DNA of 64,000 nucleotides from an uncultured bacterium (GTDB lineage Bacteria; Chloroflexota; UBA5177; JANWHV01): NCBI GenBank assembly GCA_963827235.1, contig CAWHAE010000009.1, positions 1,216,001 to 1,280,000 of the forward strand, read 5' to 3'. Shown piece by piece: positions 19,398 to 29,177 of this stretch (position 1 is its first letter; each line of letters starts with the position of its first letter). The notes under the pieces were generated by a model. It saw only the letters and a program-made list of their open reading frames with translations, ran no database searches and was not told where the DNA came from. The position numbers and the translations under genes were made by a program.

Positions 19398-22300
19398 CTA
19401 CCGCTCCACGTGACCGCGGCCCTGCTCGGTGAGCACGACGCAGGGCCTCTGATCCCTGTAGCTGGCGGCAAGCAGGCCTTCCCGGAGCAGGGCGTCGATC
19501 TCCCGCGTGATCGACGCCTGGGTTTGCCCGGTCAGGGCACCGAAGAGCCTGCAACGCTCCGGCTCTATGGGGCTGCTGCCTGCACCGGCAAGGATTCTGC
19601 TGAGACCGGTTCTGCCGGCGGCAAAGGGCAACTCGTCGACGAGATGCAGGATCGCGTCGCGCGGACTCAGACCCGTCACGCGCGGTGCCGCCGGCTGCGC
19701 CGGCACGCGCCGTTCGGCCCGGCGTCCCTTGGGCTCGCAGACATCGCACCGGCCACACGCCGCGGGGGCGGGCACGCCGAAGTGCCGCGCGATGACCCTG
19801 TTCCGGCACCCGGCAGTATCGATATAGCGAGCGAGCGCCCGGGCGCGGGCATCGGCAGCGCGGTCCATGGTCGCCAGAATCTCGTCCAGTCGCCCAGCAG
19901 CATCTGCCGGCACGGGGTCTGTCAGCACGATCTGCATTGAGGAGCGGGAGGTGGTGTAGCGGAGCACTCCCTGGTCCTGACACTGCAGCAGCAACTGTTC
20001 CACCAGGTCCGCCGAAGTACCCAGGTCTCGTGCCGCCTCGTCCACGCGCAGGCTGCGCTGGCGTCCCACCTGAAGGTGCAACGCCGCGGCTAGATCGTTG
20101 GCCTGCCGGTCCCGCGGATCACGCGACAGCATGATCGTCACCTCGCGTGGAACGTCGAGGCCGCGCGTCACGAACCCCGCTCGCTCCAGCACGCTGAGAC
20201 CGACCCGCGTCGTCGTCTCCGTCCGATCGCTTTCTTCGCCGGCGTACAGCAGCGACCTGCCTTCGACAGGTCCGCCGGCGCTCTCGGTGACCGCGCGCCG
20301 CACTCGCCTGTACAGCTCGCGCAAGCCGTCGATCTGCACGTGATCCTCGCGAGCCCGGCGAGTGAGCGTGCCCTTGTCCGACGGCGTGGCGAAGAGCACG
20401 CAGTGTGCAGGCCGGCCGTCTCGGCCGGCGCGGCCCGCCTCCTGGGTGTACGCTTCCAGCGAGTCCGAAGGCTGGTAGTGGACGATGAACCGGATGTCAC
20501 GCTTGTTGACGCCCAGGCCGAACGCGATCGTGGCTACCAGGACACGCACCTGCCCTGCCATGAACGCATGCTGCGCGGACTCGCGCTCGGCGGCCGTCAT
20601 GCCGGCGTGGTAATGGATCGCGCTTTCGCCCAGCCGGCGCAAGGTAGCTGCCAGGTGCTCGCAGCGATCGCGGCTGCCGGCATAGATGATTCCGGGGCCC
20701 GGAGCGCGACGCACGAACTCCAGGACACGCGAGCGCTTCTCCCGATCGTTTGCGACCTTGCACACCTCGAGGAAGAGGTTGTCGCGCAAGACACCGGTGT
20801 TTACCACGGCCAACGGACGGCCGAGCGTGTGGGCGATTTCCGCCTGCATATCGGCGGTGGCAGTGGCGGTGACGGCAAGGATCCTTGGCTTCCCGAGCAA
20901 CTCCGCTACCTGGCCGATGGCAAGGTAGTCGGGTCGAAAGGCATGCCCCCACAGGCTGAGGCAGTGGGCTTCGTCGATGACCAGCAGGGAGATGCCGGCA
21001 CGTTTCAGTGCATGGACCAGCCGGGCCTGTCGCAGCCGCTCTGGAGCGACGTAGACCAGGCTATAGTCGCCTGCTGCCAACCGCCGGTATCGGGTTTCCA
21101 GCTCGGCGGCCGGCAGTGTGCTGTTGATCACGCAGGCGCGCTCGGCCAGAGCCGGAATGTCGGCCAGACCGGCAACCTGGTCGGCCATCAGCGCGACGAT
21201 CGGCGAGACGACGAGCACGACACCGGGCAATACCAGCGCCGGCAGCTGGAAGCAGAGGGATTTTCCGGCGCCGGTCGGCATGATGGCCAGCGTATCTTTG
21301 CCGTCACTCAGCACCGAGCGCAGTACTGCCGCCTGGCCGGTCCGGAAGGAGCCATGCCCAAAATGCTCGTAGAGAACGCCGGTCAGGTACTCGGGAGGGA
21401 TCTCGTTCGCGTCGACCGCGAGCCGGGCAAGCATGTCTGCTCCCGGAACGGCGGCGACACGGACTGCATCGGCCCGCGACTTATCGGCCTCGGCGCGGCC
21501 GGACACGGTGCGCCGAGCAGATCGTGCCTCGGCCAACTGTGCTCGCACCCGTTCGGCCAGCTTGCCGATGGCGGCGTGGATCGCGGACTCCGCCCATTCG
21601 CGCTCCTCGGGACAGAGATCTGCCAGCCCGCGGAGCAGTGCAGGCCTGGCCTCCGCACCGCCGATCTCGACGGCATCGCGCAGCAGGGCAGCCGCGCCGG
21701 CCGCGTCTCCCGTCCGAGCAAGGGCGCCGGCAAGGCCGGAGAGGGCTTCGGGATGGTCCGGGCGTTGAGCCAGCGCCTCGCGGAACGCATGCTCGGCCTC
21801 GGTCGGGCTTCCGCGAGCAATGGCGAGGTGGCCGCGGGCCAGTGCCGGTGCTACGGACTGCTGCTCGGTAATAGACTCGATACCATGGGCATCCTCGGCG
21901 GCCGCCTCGATATCGCCGGCTGCGACATGTGCCTGCAGCATGATCATGCGCGGCAGGTAGCTGTCGCGCGTCTGCCGGCGCAGCTCGGCGCAGGCCAGCG
22001 CCTCGGGGATCCGACCGGCGCGCACGAGCAGTCGCGCCCATAGGTCGCGCTCGGTGAGCCCGGCCGTGCCCTGGCCGTCCGGGAAGAGCTGCTCGAGCAC
22101 GGCCAAGCCGGCGTCCGGCCCGCCGTATTCGGCTGCCAGCAAGACCAGTCCGGTTCGCAACCGGCTGTTCCAGGTCGCCGGATCGTCGTCCGGCAGCAGG
22201 GCGAGACCGAAGAGCGCCAGCGGGCTCGACGAGGCGCTGCTGCCATCCACTCTCGGTGCGAAGTCGGCGAACGTTCGTCCTTTCAGGTAATCGGGAAAGG

Positions 22301-22985
22301 TGTGGACGCCGGTGATCTGCACGGAGCAGAGCCCCGGATGTTTCTCCCAGCCGCGAGCCAGGCCGAGGCGGAGGAAGACGTCCCGCTCTTGCAGTATCCC
22401 GAGCAGATCGCGCGCGATCTGCTCGGGAGCGCGTCCGCACTCGCCCTGGCGGTCGATATAGTAGCGCCAGGCCAGGTCGGTGACGGCCAGCCAGTAGACG
22501 GTGCCGCTGCCGTCCACGAACCCGAGCCGGTATCGTGCCGTGCCGTCCTTGCTCTCGTAGGTGCCGCCCAGCACATCGCGTGGTCGAAGCGTGCCGAGCG
22601 ATCGGGGCCCGCTGCCGTCCATCACGTAGTGTCCCGGTTCCCGATGAATCGGCTGGCCGAAGACTGCCTCAACCGATTCGCGTGTGGTGGCTTGGAGCAG
22701 GTCGCGCCAGGCGGAATCCGGCAGCCGCCGGACGAAGGTCACGGAGTGCGGCGCGAACGGCACGTCTTCGGTGTGCGGTGGACTTGGAGTCGGCTCGCCG
22801 AGGTCGAGCTCGACTTCGGCCCCCGGGAAGACGATCGGTTTGCCGGGCAGGCCCAGCATGTACTCGAGAATACCGGGCGGCGGAAGGACCGGTCGAACGC
22901 ACTGCACGCCGGGATCATAGCCCGCCACGCACACGCGTCCCTCCTGCATGCGCGTCAGGTCCGTGATCACGAGGCGCTTCTTCAC
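19398..22985 (-). CDS. Fusion protein: dual-OB-like domain + TPR-like repeats + RecQ-family helicase (1195 aa)
   Basis: N-terminus KKRLVITDLTRMQEGRVCVAG...VRPV; helical repeats (AEHAFREALAQRPDHPEALSGLA); MPTGAGKS, DEAHCLSLWGHAFRPDY, ATIAFGLGVNK, QEAGRAGRDG, Zn site CRNR...CGRCDVC; GTG start overlaps upstream TGA with GGAG RBS. Confidence 0.85.
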   Translation of the reverse strand: MKKRLVITDLTRMQEGRVCVAGYDPGVQCVRPVLPPPGILEYMLGLPGKPIVFPGAEVELDLGEPTPSPPHTEDVPFAPHSVTFVRRLPDSAWRDLLQATTRESVEAVFGQPIHREPGHYVMDGSGPRSLGTLRPRDVLGGTYESKDGTARYRLGFVDGSGTVYWLAVTDLAWRYYIDRQGECGRAPEQIARDLLGILQERDVFLRLGLARGWEKHPGLCSVQITGVHTFPDYLKGRTFADFAPRVDGSSASSSPLALFGLALLPDDDPATWNSRLRTGLVLLAAEYGGPDAGLAVLEQLFPDGQGTAGLTERDLWARLLVRAGRIPEALACAELRRQTRDSYLPRMIMLQAHVAAGDIEAAAEDAHGIESITEQQSVAPALARGHLAIARGSPTEAEHAFREALAQRPDHPEALSGLAGALARTGDAAGAAALLRDAVEIGGAEARPALLRGLADLCPEEREWAESAIHAAIGKLAERVRAQLAEARSARRTVSGRAEADKSRADAVRVAAVPGADMLARLAVDANEIPPEYLTGVLYEHFGHGSFRTGQAAVLRSVLSDGKDTLAIMPTGAGKSLCFQLPALVLPGVVLVVSPIVALMADQVAGLADIPALAERACVINSTLPAAELETRYRRLAAGDYSLVYVAPERLRQARLVHALKRAGISLLVIDEAHCLSLWGHAFRPDYLAIGQVAELLGKPRILAVTATATADMQAEIAHTLGRPLAVVNTGVLRDNLFLEVCKVANDREKRSRVLEFVRRAPGPGIIYAGSRDRCEHLAATLRRLGESAIHYHAGMTAAERESAQHAFMAGQVRVLVATIAFGLGVNKRDIRFIVHYQPSDSLEAYTQEAGRAGRDGRPAHCVLFATPSDKGTLTRRAREDHVQIDGLRELYRRVRRAVTESAGGPVEGRSLLYAGEESDRTETTTRVGLSVLERAGFVTRGLDVPREVTIMLSRDPRDRQANDLAAALHLQVGRQRSLRVDEAARDLGTSADLVEQLLLQCQDQGVLRYTTSRSSMQIVLTDPVPADAAGRLDEILATMDRAADARARALARYIDTAGCRNRVIARHFGVPAPAACGRCDVCEPKGRRAERRVPAQPAAPRVTGLSPRDAILHLVDELPFAAGRTGLSRILAGAGSSPIEPERCRLFGALTGQTQASITREIDALLREGLLAASYRDQRPCVVLTEQGRGHVER

Positions 22986-23422
22986 AAGTGGACGATCTCC
23001 ACGCCGGGCCAGTGTGCTGCCAAGCGCTCGGCCACGAGGCGCCGGTGACAGTGTTGCGCCGTGGACTCGCTGCACAGCAGGCACGAGGTCAGCGTCTCGA
23101 ACTCCGACCGATCCAGCACGCCGGGCACGCCCCGCTCCACCATCAAGGCATCGAACCGTCCCACGTAGGTAGCCCAGTCGGTGCCGGCACGATAGTCCTG
23201 AAGCAGCTCCTTGGTCGGAGCGAGCACCGGCATGTGGACGTACCCGCAGCCGTTCGCCAGTCTGGAGAGGAAATAGGGCAGATCATCTCTGCGGGCGAAG
23301 CCGGAAAGCTGCCCGTCCGGGCTGAGCCGGATATCGACCACACGCTGGATCGCATGCCGGCACAGCAAGCCGAAGAACGCTTCCGCTCGTTTCTGAGTGA
23401 AGCCGATCGTGTAGAGTTTCAT
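22982..23422 (-). CDS. DUF488-family protein
   Basis: MKLYTIGFTQK, VVDIRL, LAPTKELL, CLLCSESTAQHCHRRLVAE. Confidence 0.88.
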   Translation of the reverse strand: MKLYTIGFTQKRAEAFFGLLCRHAIQRVVDIRLSPDGQLSGFARRDDLPYFLSRLANGCGYVHMPVLAPTKELLQDYRAGTDWATYVGRFDALMVERGVPGVLDRSEFETLTSCLLCSESTAQHCHRRLVAERLAAHWPGVEIVHL

Positions 23423-23430
23423 GGCTCTCC

Positions 23431-23976
23431 CTAGAATAGAGACTGCTGTATGACGGCAGGCGCGTCGACCGATTTCAAGATCGTGCGCGCCGCGAACACC
23501 GTGCCGTCACCGCGGACGTGCCGCACCTCCACCTCGGGATAGTTGGCGAGGAGATAGCGGGCGATCAGGTGATGCCGGTGGCATTGCGCGGGATCCTCCT
23601 CGCTACACAGGACCGCAACGGACTCCGACGCGGCGATCTCCAGCAAGCGCGCGATCCCCTTGAGGAACCATTCTCGCTGCATGACTGCCGGATAGTCGAC
23701 CTCATGCAGGAAGTCCGCGTCGTCGCCGGGAAGCTCGCCGCTCTTGTAGCAGGTGGGATCGGCGGGCCGCCCTCCCAGATGTTTGCCGCCATACGCATAC
23801 CCGACGTGATGCTGGGCAAGGAGCGTTTCCAGGCTGCCTTTATTGAACTGTGGGTTGTAGCGGCTATACGGCGCCGACCGCACGTCCACCACGCTGGTCA
23901 CGCCGGTCGTCCGCAGCAGCTCGATGAGCCTCTCCGCGCTGTGATTGCTATGGCCTATCGTGAAGATCGTCGTCAT
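23431..23976 (-). CDS. DUF488-family protein
   Basis: IFTIGHSNH, VDVRSAPYSRYNPQFN, LGGRP, VLCSEEDPAQCHRHHLIA. Confidence 0.9.
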   Translation of the reverse strand: MTTIFTIGHSNHSAERLIELLRTTGVTSVVDVRSAPYSRYNPQFNKGSLETLLAQHHVGYAYGGKHLGGRPADPTCYKSGELPGDDADFLHEVDYPAVMQREWFLKGIARLLEIAASESVAVLCSEEDPAQCHRHHLIARYLLANYPEVEVRHVRGDGTVFAARTILKSVDAPAVIQQSLF

Positions 23977-24155
23977 CGGGCGTTCCCGTTCGGAGTAGAC
24001 GTGCAGCGTCGCCCGAAATGTTACCACGGTCCATGCAGTTACCGGCCGGACCCAGGCGTGTTGAGCGTGAAAGACGTGCGCGCCTGTTGACCGGCGGGCT
24101 CCCCGGCACTAGACTGGCGCTGTGGCAGGTGTCGTTGAGCGAGGGAGGACTGGGC

Positions 24156-25322
24156 ATGCATGGTATGTCTCGCTATGCCGCGGTAGCCGCGATTATCGTC
24201 CCCCTTCTTCTGGCGTTCGTTCCAGCACACCGGGCGGCTCAAGCGGGCTGCACGGGATTCCCCAACATCGGCGTGCTCGCCCTGGGGCCCAACGGCACAC
24301 TCCTCGCGGGCACGCGAGACGGGCACGTCTACCGGAGCGTGATCGGCCAGCTCTGCTGGGTGGAGCTGTCCAGCTACCCGCGCGGCGTGGAGATCGGCAC
24401 GGTGGTGGTGCCGCCCGGTAGACCGCACACGATTCTGGCTGGCGGTAGCTGGGTGGCCAGCAACACTCCCGAGAGCCAAGTACTCTATCGCAGCGAGGAC
24501 GATGGGGCGACGTGGACCGCCGCGACGGCCGGACTGCCGCACACGCCGATCCTGCCGGTGAGCATCGCCGTCTCGGCGGGCAGCACGCTGGTGCTCTCGT
24601 ACGTCTGCCAGAAGGATCATCTGGCTACGCAGAAGAATCGACTCTGCCCGCAAGGACTGGCTCGCAGTGTCGACGGCGGCCGTCTGTGGCATCCGGTCGG
24701 TCCACCGGCTGTAGACGCTCGCAATGTCGTTGCCCTGCCCGACGACACGTTCCTGGCTCTTCTGGCACTGAAAGAGAGCAGCGCCGGATCCGTCTACCAT
24801 CATCCGGCGGCGCTCTTCCGCTCGGCAGACGACGGCCTGACCTGGAAGCCGGTGACGACACTCTCCGGCACTGAAGATCGAAATGCGCTGTCACACCTGG
24901 AAGGGATCTCCTCCTTTTTCGCCGTACCCTGGAACCCGGCGGATCTCTTGATCGGCACCGACTTCATCTATTTCACTGCCATTGCCTTCCGATCGCACGA
25001 TGGCGGAGCGCACTGGTCTCTTGTGTGGGCTGCCGTGAAGGCAAAGGTGCATAACGCGCTGGCCGAGCCGGCGGTCGTCGCGTTCGCCGCGTTGCCCAAG
25101 ACGCACACCCTGCTGTTCACCGACTGGGGCGCGATTTACCGCTCCGTCGACGGTGGCACGACCTGGGATTGCACCACTATTACACCGGCTGCGGACGCCA
25201 CGCACCCCTTCCGCTTCTGGAGTCTGCTGGTCGCTTCAGACGGCTCCACGGCCTACGCCGGAGGGGTCGCGGGCCTCTACCGCAGCGCCGACGATGGGCT
25301 GTCGTGGAGTAAGCTCCCGTAG
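24156..25322 (+). CDS. Secreted BNR/Asp-box beta-propeller protein
   Basis: Signal peptide; six S-x-D-x-G-x-x-W Asp-boxes (RSEDDGATW, RSVDGGRLW, RSADDGLTW, RSHDGGAHW, RSVDGGTTW, RSADDGLSW); GGGAGG RBS. Confidence 0.85.
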   Translation: MHGMSRYAAVAAIIVPLLLAFVPAHRAAQAGCTGFPNIGVLALGPNGTLLAGTRDGHVYRSVIGQLCWVELSSYPRGVEIGTVVVPPGRPHTILAGGSWVASNTPESQVLYRSEDDGATWTAATAGLPHTPILPVSIAVSAGSTLVLSYVCQKDHLATQKNRLCPQGLARSVDGGRLWHPVGPPAVDARNVVALPDDTFLALLALKESSAGSVYHHPAALFRSADDGLTWKPVTTLSGTEDRNALSHLEGISSFFAVPWNPADLLIGTDFIYFTAIAFRSHDGGAHWSLVWAAVKAKVHNALAEPAVVAFAALPKTHTLLFTDWGAIYRSVDGGTTWDCTTITPAADATHPFRFWSLLVASDGSTAYAGGVAGLYRSADDGLSWSKLP

Positions 25323-25384
25323 TCGAGGCAGTCCTCTGCGCGGTGAGCTCCGGGTAGAGGCTAGATGGGCAAGAGGAGGAGCTT

Positions 25385-26341
25385 ATGGCCAATCGACCGG
25401 ACCTGGTTATCCGCTCGCTGCACGAGGATGAGCTTGCCGTCGCCGACAGTATCTACCGGCGGTCTTTCGGCACCTTCGTGGGCCTGCCCGACGCGGAGTC
25501 GTTCGGGGCCGACTCCGACTTGATCGGCAGCCGGTGGCGGGCCGATCCGGCGCGGGTGCTCGCCGCCGTGGACCACGGCAGCCTGGTCGGCACGTGCATC
25601 GCGACCAATTGGGGGAGCTTCGGCTTCTTCGGCCCGCTCACGGTGAGTCCGGAGCGATGGGATCAGGGGATAGGCAAGGCTCTGATGGGTGCCGTGATGC
25701 AGCACTTTGCCGCCTGGCATATCGGCCACCTGGGCCTTTTCACCTTCCCACACAGCACCAAGCACCTGCATCTCTACGAGCGATTCGGCTTTCACGCCCG
25801 CTTTCTCACTTCGATGATGTCGAAGACTCCCGAGCCCCGGGCCAACACAGACGCGCGGTGGTCCGACTTTGCCGCGCTGACGGCGGACGAGCGCGGAACG
25901 GCGCTGCAGGACTGCCGAGCGGTGGCCGATGCCGTGTTCGAAGGCCTCGACCTGACGGGGGAGATCGAGGCGGTGCACGCGCAACGGGCCGGCGACACGG
26001 TCCTGCTGCTCGATGGCGACCGGACGAGCGGATTTGCCGTCTGTCACTGTGGAGCCGGCACCGAGGCGACCGGAGGCGAGTGCTACGTCAAGTTTGGCGC
26101 GGTGCGTCCGGGCTCAGGGGCCGGATCGCGGTTCGCGCACCTGCTGGACGCATGCGAGGCGTTCGCCGCCGCGCGCGGCCTGGGACGGGTGAGTGCCGGG
26201 GTCAACCTCGGCTGCGATGCGGCGTACGATGAGATGCGCCGACGGGGCTTTCGCATGGATTACACCGGAGTCGCCATGCAGCAGCCCAACGGGCCGGGCT
26301 ACAACCGGAGCGATCGCCACGTGATCTCGGACTGGCGCTGA
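25385..26341 (+). CDS. GNAT-family N-acetyltransferase (tandem GNAT)
   Basis: VSPERWDQGIGKALM AcCoA motif, LYERFGF; AGGAGGAG RBS. Confidence 0.85.
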   Translation: MANRPDLVIRSLHEDELAVADSIYRRSFGTFVGLPDAESFGADSDLIGSRWRADPARVLAAVDHGSLVGTCIATNWGSFGFFGPLTVSPERWDQGIGKALMGAVMQHFAAWHIGHLGLFTFPHSTKHLHLYERFGFHARFLTSMMSKTPEPRANTDARWSDFAALTADERGTALQDCRAVADAVFEGLDLTGEIEAVHAQRAGDTVLLLDGDRTSGFAVCHCGAGTEATGGECYVKFGAVRPGSGAGSRFAHLLDACEAFAAARGLGRVSAGVNLGCDAAYDEMRRRGFRMDYTGVAMQQPNGPGYNRSDRHVISDWR

Positions 26342-26593
26342 AGACTTCCCCGCACGCCGGCGCCGCAGGCAGACACCCAGCCGGCCACGCCTGCCGGAGC
26401 GTGGTCAGCGCCGCTCTCGCGCATTCGAATCTGCCGGTGGACACCTGCCGACGCCGGTGAGTCGTCCACGCGAGGTTGCCGGCCCGGCAGAGCCTTCCTG
26501 TACCATCAACGGTGTGGCGCGTGTCTCTCCGGTGCAGTAAGCTCTCGGCATCGGGGTGACGTTGCCGGAGTTGATGTCGTAAGGCATGCGTGG

Positions 26594-27907
26594 ATGGTCC
26601 GGGAAAGAGGGCGCGGCACGGTTATCGGGCGGCTGCCGAGCCTGCGCCGTGTTCTGGCTCAACGAGGTCGCCCGAGGGGACACCCCGTGGCGGTCCTTGC
26701 GCTTGCCGTGGGTGTGTTGGCGCTCCTGGTGTCGCTGCTGCTTGGCACCGGCCGGCAGCCCGGTCGAGCGGCATTCAGCACTGCCGGCTGCGTCTGGGGC
26801 GACCCGGCGCTGCAAGCCGAGGAGCAGCGTGCCGTGGCCGCCGTGTGGGCGGACAATCTCTCGCGGCGCTACGCCATCGTGCACCCTAGCCGAGCCTACG
26901 CCGGCGTGTGGCTGCGCGACTCGTTCTGGACTTTTCTCGCCGCCGGCGACGTGCATCTGGCCGGTCGCGCCCTGCGGCATTTTGCCATGCGCCAACAAGC
27001 AAATGGTCAGGTTCCGACCCAGTTCGTCGACTTCCTGCGGCAACCGCTCTATCGCGCCGACGAGTCGACGCTCCTTTACCTCATCTGGGCGGAGTGGCAG
27101 GCGCGCCACGACGGCTGGCTGCCGGCTCGCCCTTCCCTGGCGCGAGCGCTGGCCTACGTGCGGCAGCAGAGCCGCAGCGGCTGGTACGTGAGTCGAGCAG
27201 GCAGTTATGCCGACTGGTTCGACGGCTACCGGCTGCCGCAAGCCGATACGCTGAGCTATACTCAGGGGCTCTATGTCGATGCTCTGCTGGCCGCTCGGGC
27301 GGAGGGCCAGGACGTTCGCCCGGCCGAGATCGGGGCGGCCATCGCGGCCTACCGCGCCCTTGCCGATCCCCACGACGGCTACCTTCGCTTCAGCCGCTTG
27401 CACGCCTATCACGACGTCAGCGGGCTCACCGGGGAGTTCCTGGCCGAGTGGCTGTTTGGGCGAGATCTGCTACCGGATGCCACGGTCTCGGCTACTCTAC
27501 GCACCCAGCCCCGCTATGGCAACGGCTTTCGCGTCGTGACGAACGCCGATGGCACATACCTGAGTCCGCACCTGTTCGTGACCCATGAGTTCCCGGGTGA
27601 CTATCAGAACGGCGGCTCATGGCTGCTCTACGACTACCTGGCCTTGGCGACCGGCTGCGCGCACCACGTCGGCGGAACGGGCGCCGCTTTAGCCGCGCGT
27701 CTGCGCCTGGAGTTTCGCCGTGGTGCCGTCCTGCACGAGTATCTGAACACCGATCCCACGTCTGCGTTGGCGGGCGGTGAGCCCTCGGTTCGCGACAACT
27801 TCTCCTGGGATACGTTCATCCTGCAGGTGGATCGGTTTCTGCACGCACAGGCCGCGCCGGTCGCGCGGTCCACGCCGGGCGGCGCCAGGGTGCGCCCCGC
27901 TCAGTGA
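26594..27907 (+). CDS. Membrane-anchored or secreted (alpha/alpha)6 glycoside hydrolase-like protein
   Basis: N-terminal hydrophobic helix, YAGVWLRDSFW, QQANGQVP, YQNGGSW, HEYL. Confidence 0.65.
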   Translation: MVRERGRGTVIGRLPSLRRVLAQRGRPRGHPVAVLALAVGVLALLVSLLLGTGRQPGRAAFSTAGCVWGDPALQAEEQRAVAAVWADNLSRRYAIVHPSRAYAGVWLRDSFWTFLAAGDVHLAGRALRHFAMRQQANGQVPTQFVDFLRQPLYRADESTLLYLIWAEWQARHDGWLPARPSLARALAYVRQQSRSGWYVSRAGSYADWFDGYRLPQADTLSYTQGLYVDALLAARAEGQDVRPAEIGAAIAAYRALADPHDGYLRFSRLHAYHDVSGLTGEFLAEWLFGRDLLPDATVSATLRTQPRYGNGFRVVTNADGTYLSPHLFVTHEFPGDYQNGGSWLLYDYLALATGCAHHVGGTGAALAARLRLEFRRGAVLHEYLNTDPTSALAGGEPSVRDNFSWDTFILQVDRFLHAQAAPVARSTPGGARVRPAQ

Positions 27908-29177
27908 CGGGGATACAGGAGCGTAACGTCACCAGCACCAGGAGCGCATTGCGCAGCAGGATACTTGCCATGAACAGCGGGTGGCGCGGTAGCCGGACGA
28001 GGCTGTGATCGAGGGTATAGGCATAGGGGTAGATCACGAGCGTCAGAGCGGCGAGCAGCAGCCAGCGAAGGCGCAGTCCGTCCACGTAGGCTGCCAGCGG
28101 GAAGAGCCACAGGAAGTACTGTGGGCTGAGCAGCTTGCTCGTGCACAGAACGGTGAGCAGCAGCTGGATAGCGAGCTGCTGCGCCGTTTCCTTGCCCCGT
28201 GCCGCCCGCCAGCAGACGAAGAGCGTTCCGGCGAGGAGCAGCAGCGTCGAGACGCCGGCGGCGAAGCTCGACCATGGCCCTTCGACGTTGACCGAGTGAT
28301 AGGTGAGCCGGACGCTGGCGTGTCCGCTCGCGTTGCCGGCGAGCCAGAGCAGCGATCCGGCAACGGACTCGATCTGGGGCGGGCGCGCGGCGTTGTAGTG
28401 CAGTGGAGCCAGAAACCCACCGGGATTGAGCGCCAGAAACGGCAGCGCGCCTGCCAACACGACCAGCACGAACAGCAGCAATTCGCGTAGCGGCACTCGA
28501 CCGCTCGAGCGCCACTGGAAGATGGCCAGCACAGGCACGAGCAGACCTGGGTAGAGCTTGAGCAACGTCGCCGCGCCCAGCAGCACGTAGGCAGCGCCGT
28601 ACCGCGATCGCTCGACCAGCACCAGAGCGCCGAGCACCAGCACACCCGGTATGAGGTCATAGCGTTCCAGGGTAGTGCCCCAGCCGCCGATCAGCACGTA
28701 CGCGCCGCAGGCCACTGCACAGAGGAACAAGCGCCGGCGGACAAGGAAGCCGACCGCGCCGGCCAGGACCAGGGCAACGAGCACCATGTACGCCACGGGG
28801 TACGAGGCGCCGGGCCACAGCAGCGGCAACGAGAACCACAGCAGAGCCGGAGCCGGGTATTCGCGCGGCATGGTGTGGAAGGAGTTCGGGATAGATGTCC
28901 AGAACAGCCAGCGATGGTCGGCACAGTAGCGCATGAGCGGAGCGTCGTGGAGCGCCGCCGTTCCGCGCCAGAAGCCGCGGGCGTAGCACTCGTAGGCGAA
29001 TACGTCGTCATTGGGAATCATGCCGCCGCGCGTATGCAGGTAGGTGAAGTCGGCGCCGAGGGCGATGGCAAGCAGGACAAGCACCACGGCGCCGGCGGCA
29101 AAGCGCGGCACCGGCAATCGGACCCCAGCGAGCCCGCGGCGATCCACGTTACGCCAGCGCCGGAGCGCCGGCTTCAC
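27816..29177 (-). CDS. GT-C glycosyltransferase (GT87-like polyprenyl-phosphate-sugar transferase)
   Basis: Multi-TM; DDVFAY, EYP, RYDLIP, KLYP, QIES, KLLSPQYFLW; GTG start overlaps upstream TGA. Confidence 0.8.
   Translation of the reverse strand: MKPALRRWRNVDRRGLAGVRLPVPRFAAGAVVLVLLAIALGADFTYLHTRGGMIPNDDVFAYECYARGFWRGTAALHDAPLMRYCADHRWLFWTSIPNSFHTMPREYPAPALLWFSLPLLWPGASYPVAYMVLVALVLAGAVGFLVRRRLFLCAVACGAYVLIGGWGTTLERYDLIPGVLVLGALVLVERSRYGAAYVLLGAATLLKLYPGLLVPVLAIFQWRSSGRVPLRELLLFVLVVLAGALPFLALNPGGFLAPLHYNAARPPQIESVAGSLLWLAGNASGHASVRLTYHSVNVEGPWSSFAAGVSTLLLLAGTLFVCWRAARGKETAQQLAIQLLLTVLCTSKLLSPQYFLWLFPLAAYVDGLRLRWLLLAALTLVIYPYAYTLDHSLVRLPRHPLFMASILLRNALLVLVTLRSCIPVTERGAPWRRPAWTARPARPVRAETDPPAG

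Noticed and set aside
20340-22043. 567-aa plus-strand ORF
   Set aside because: Antisense shadow of the RecQ fusion, no motifs
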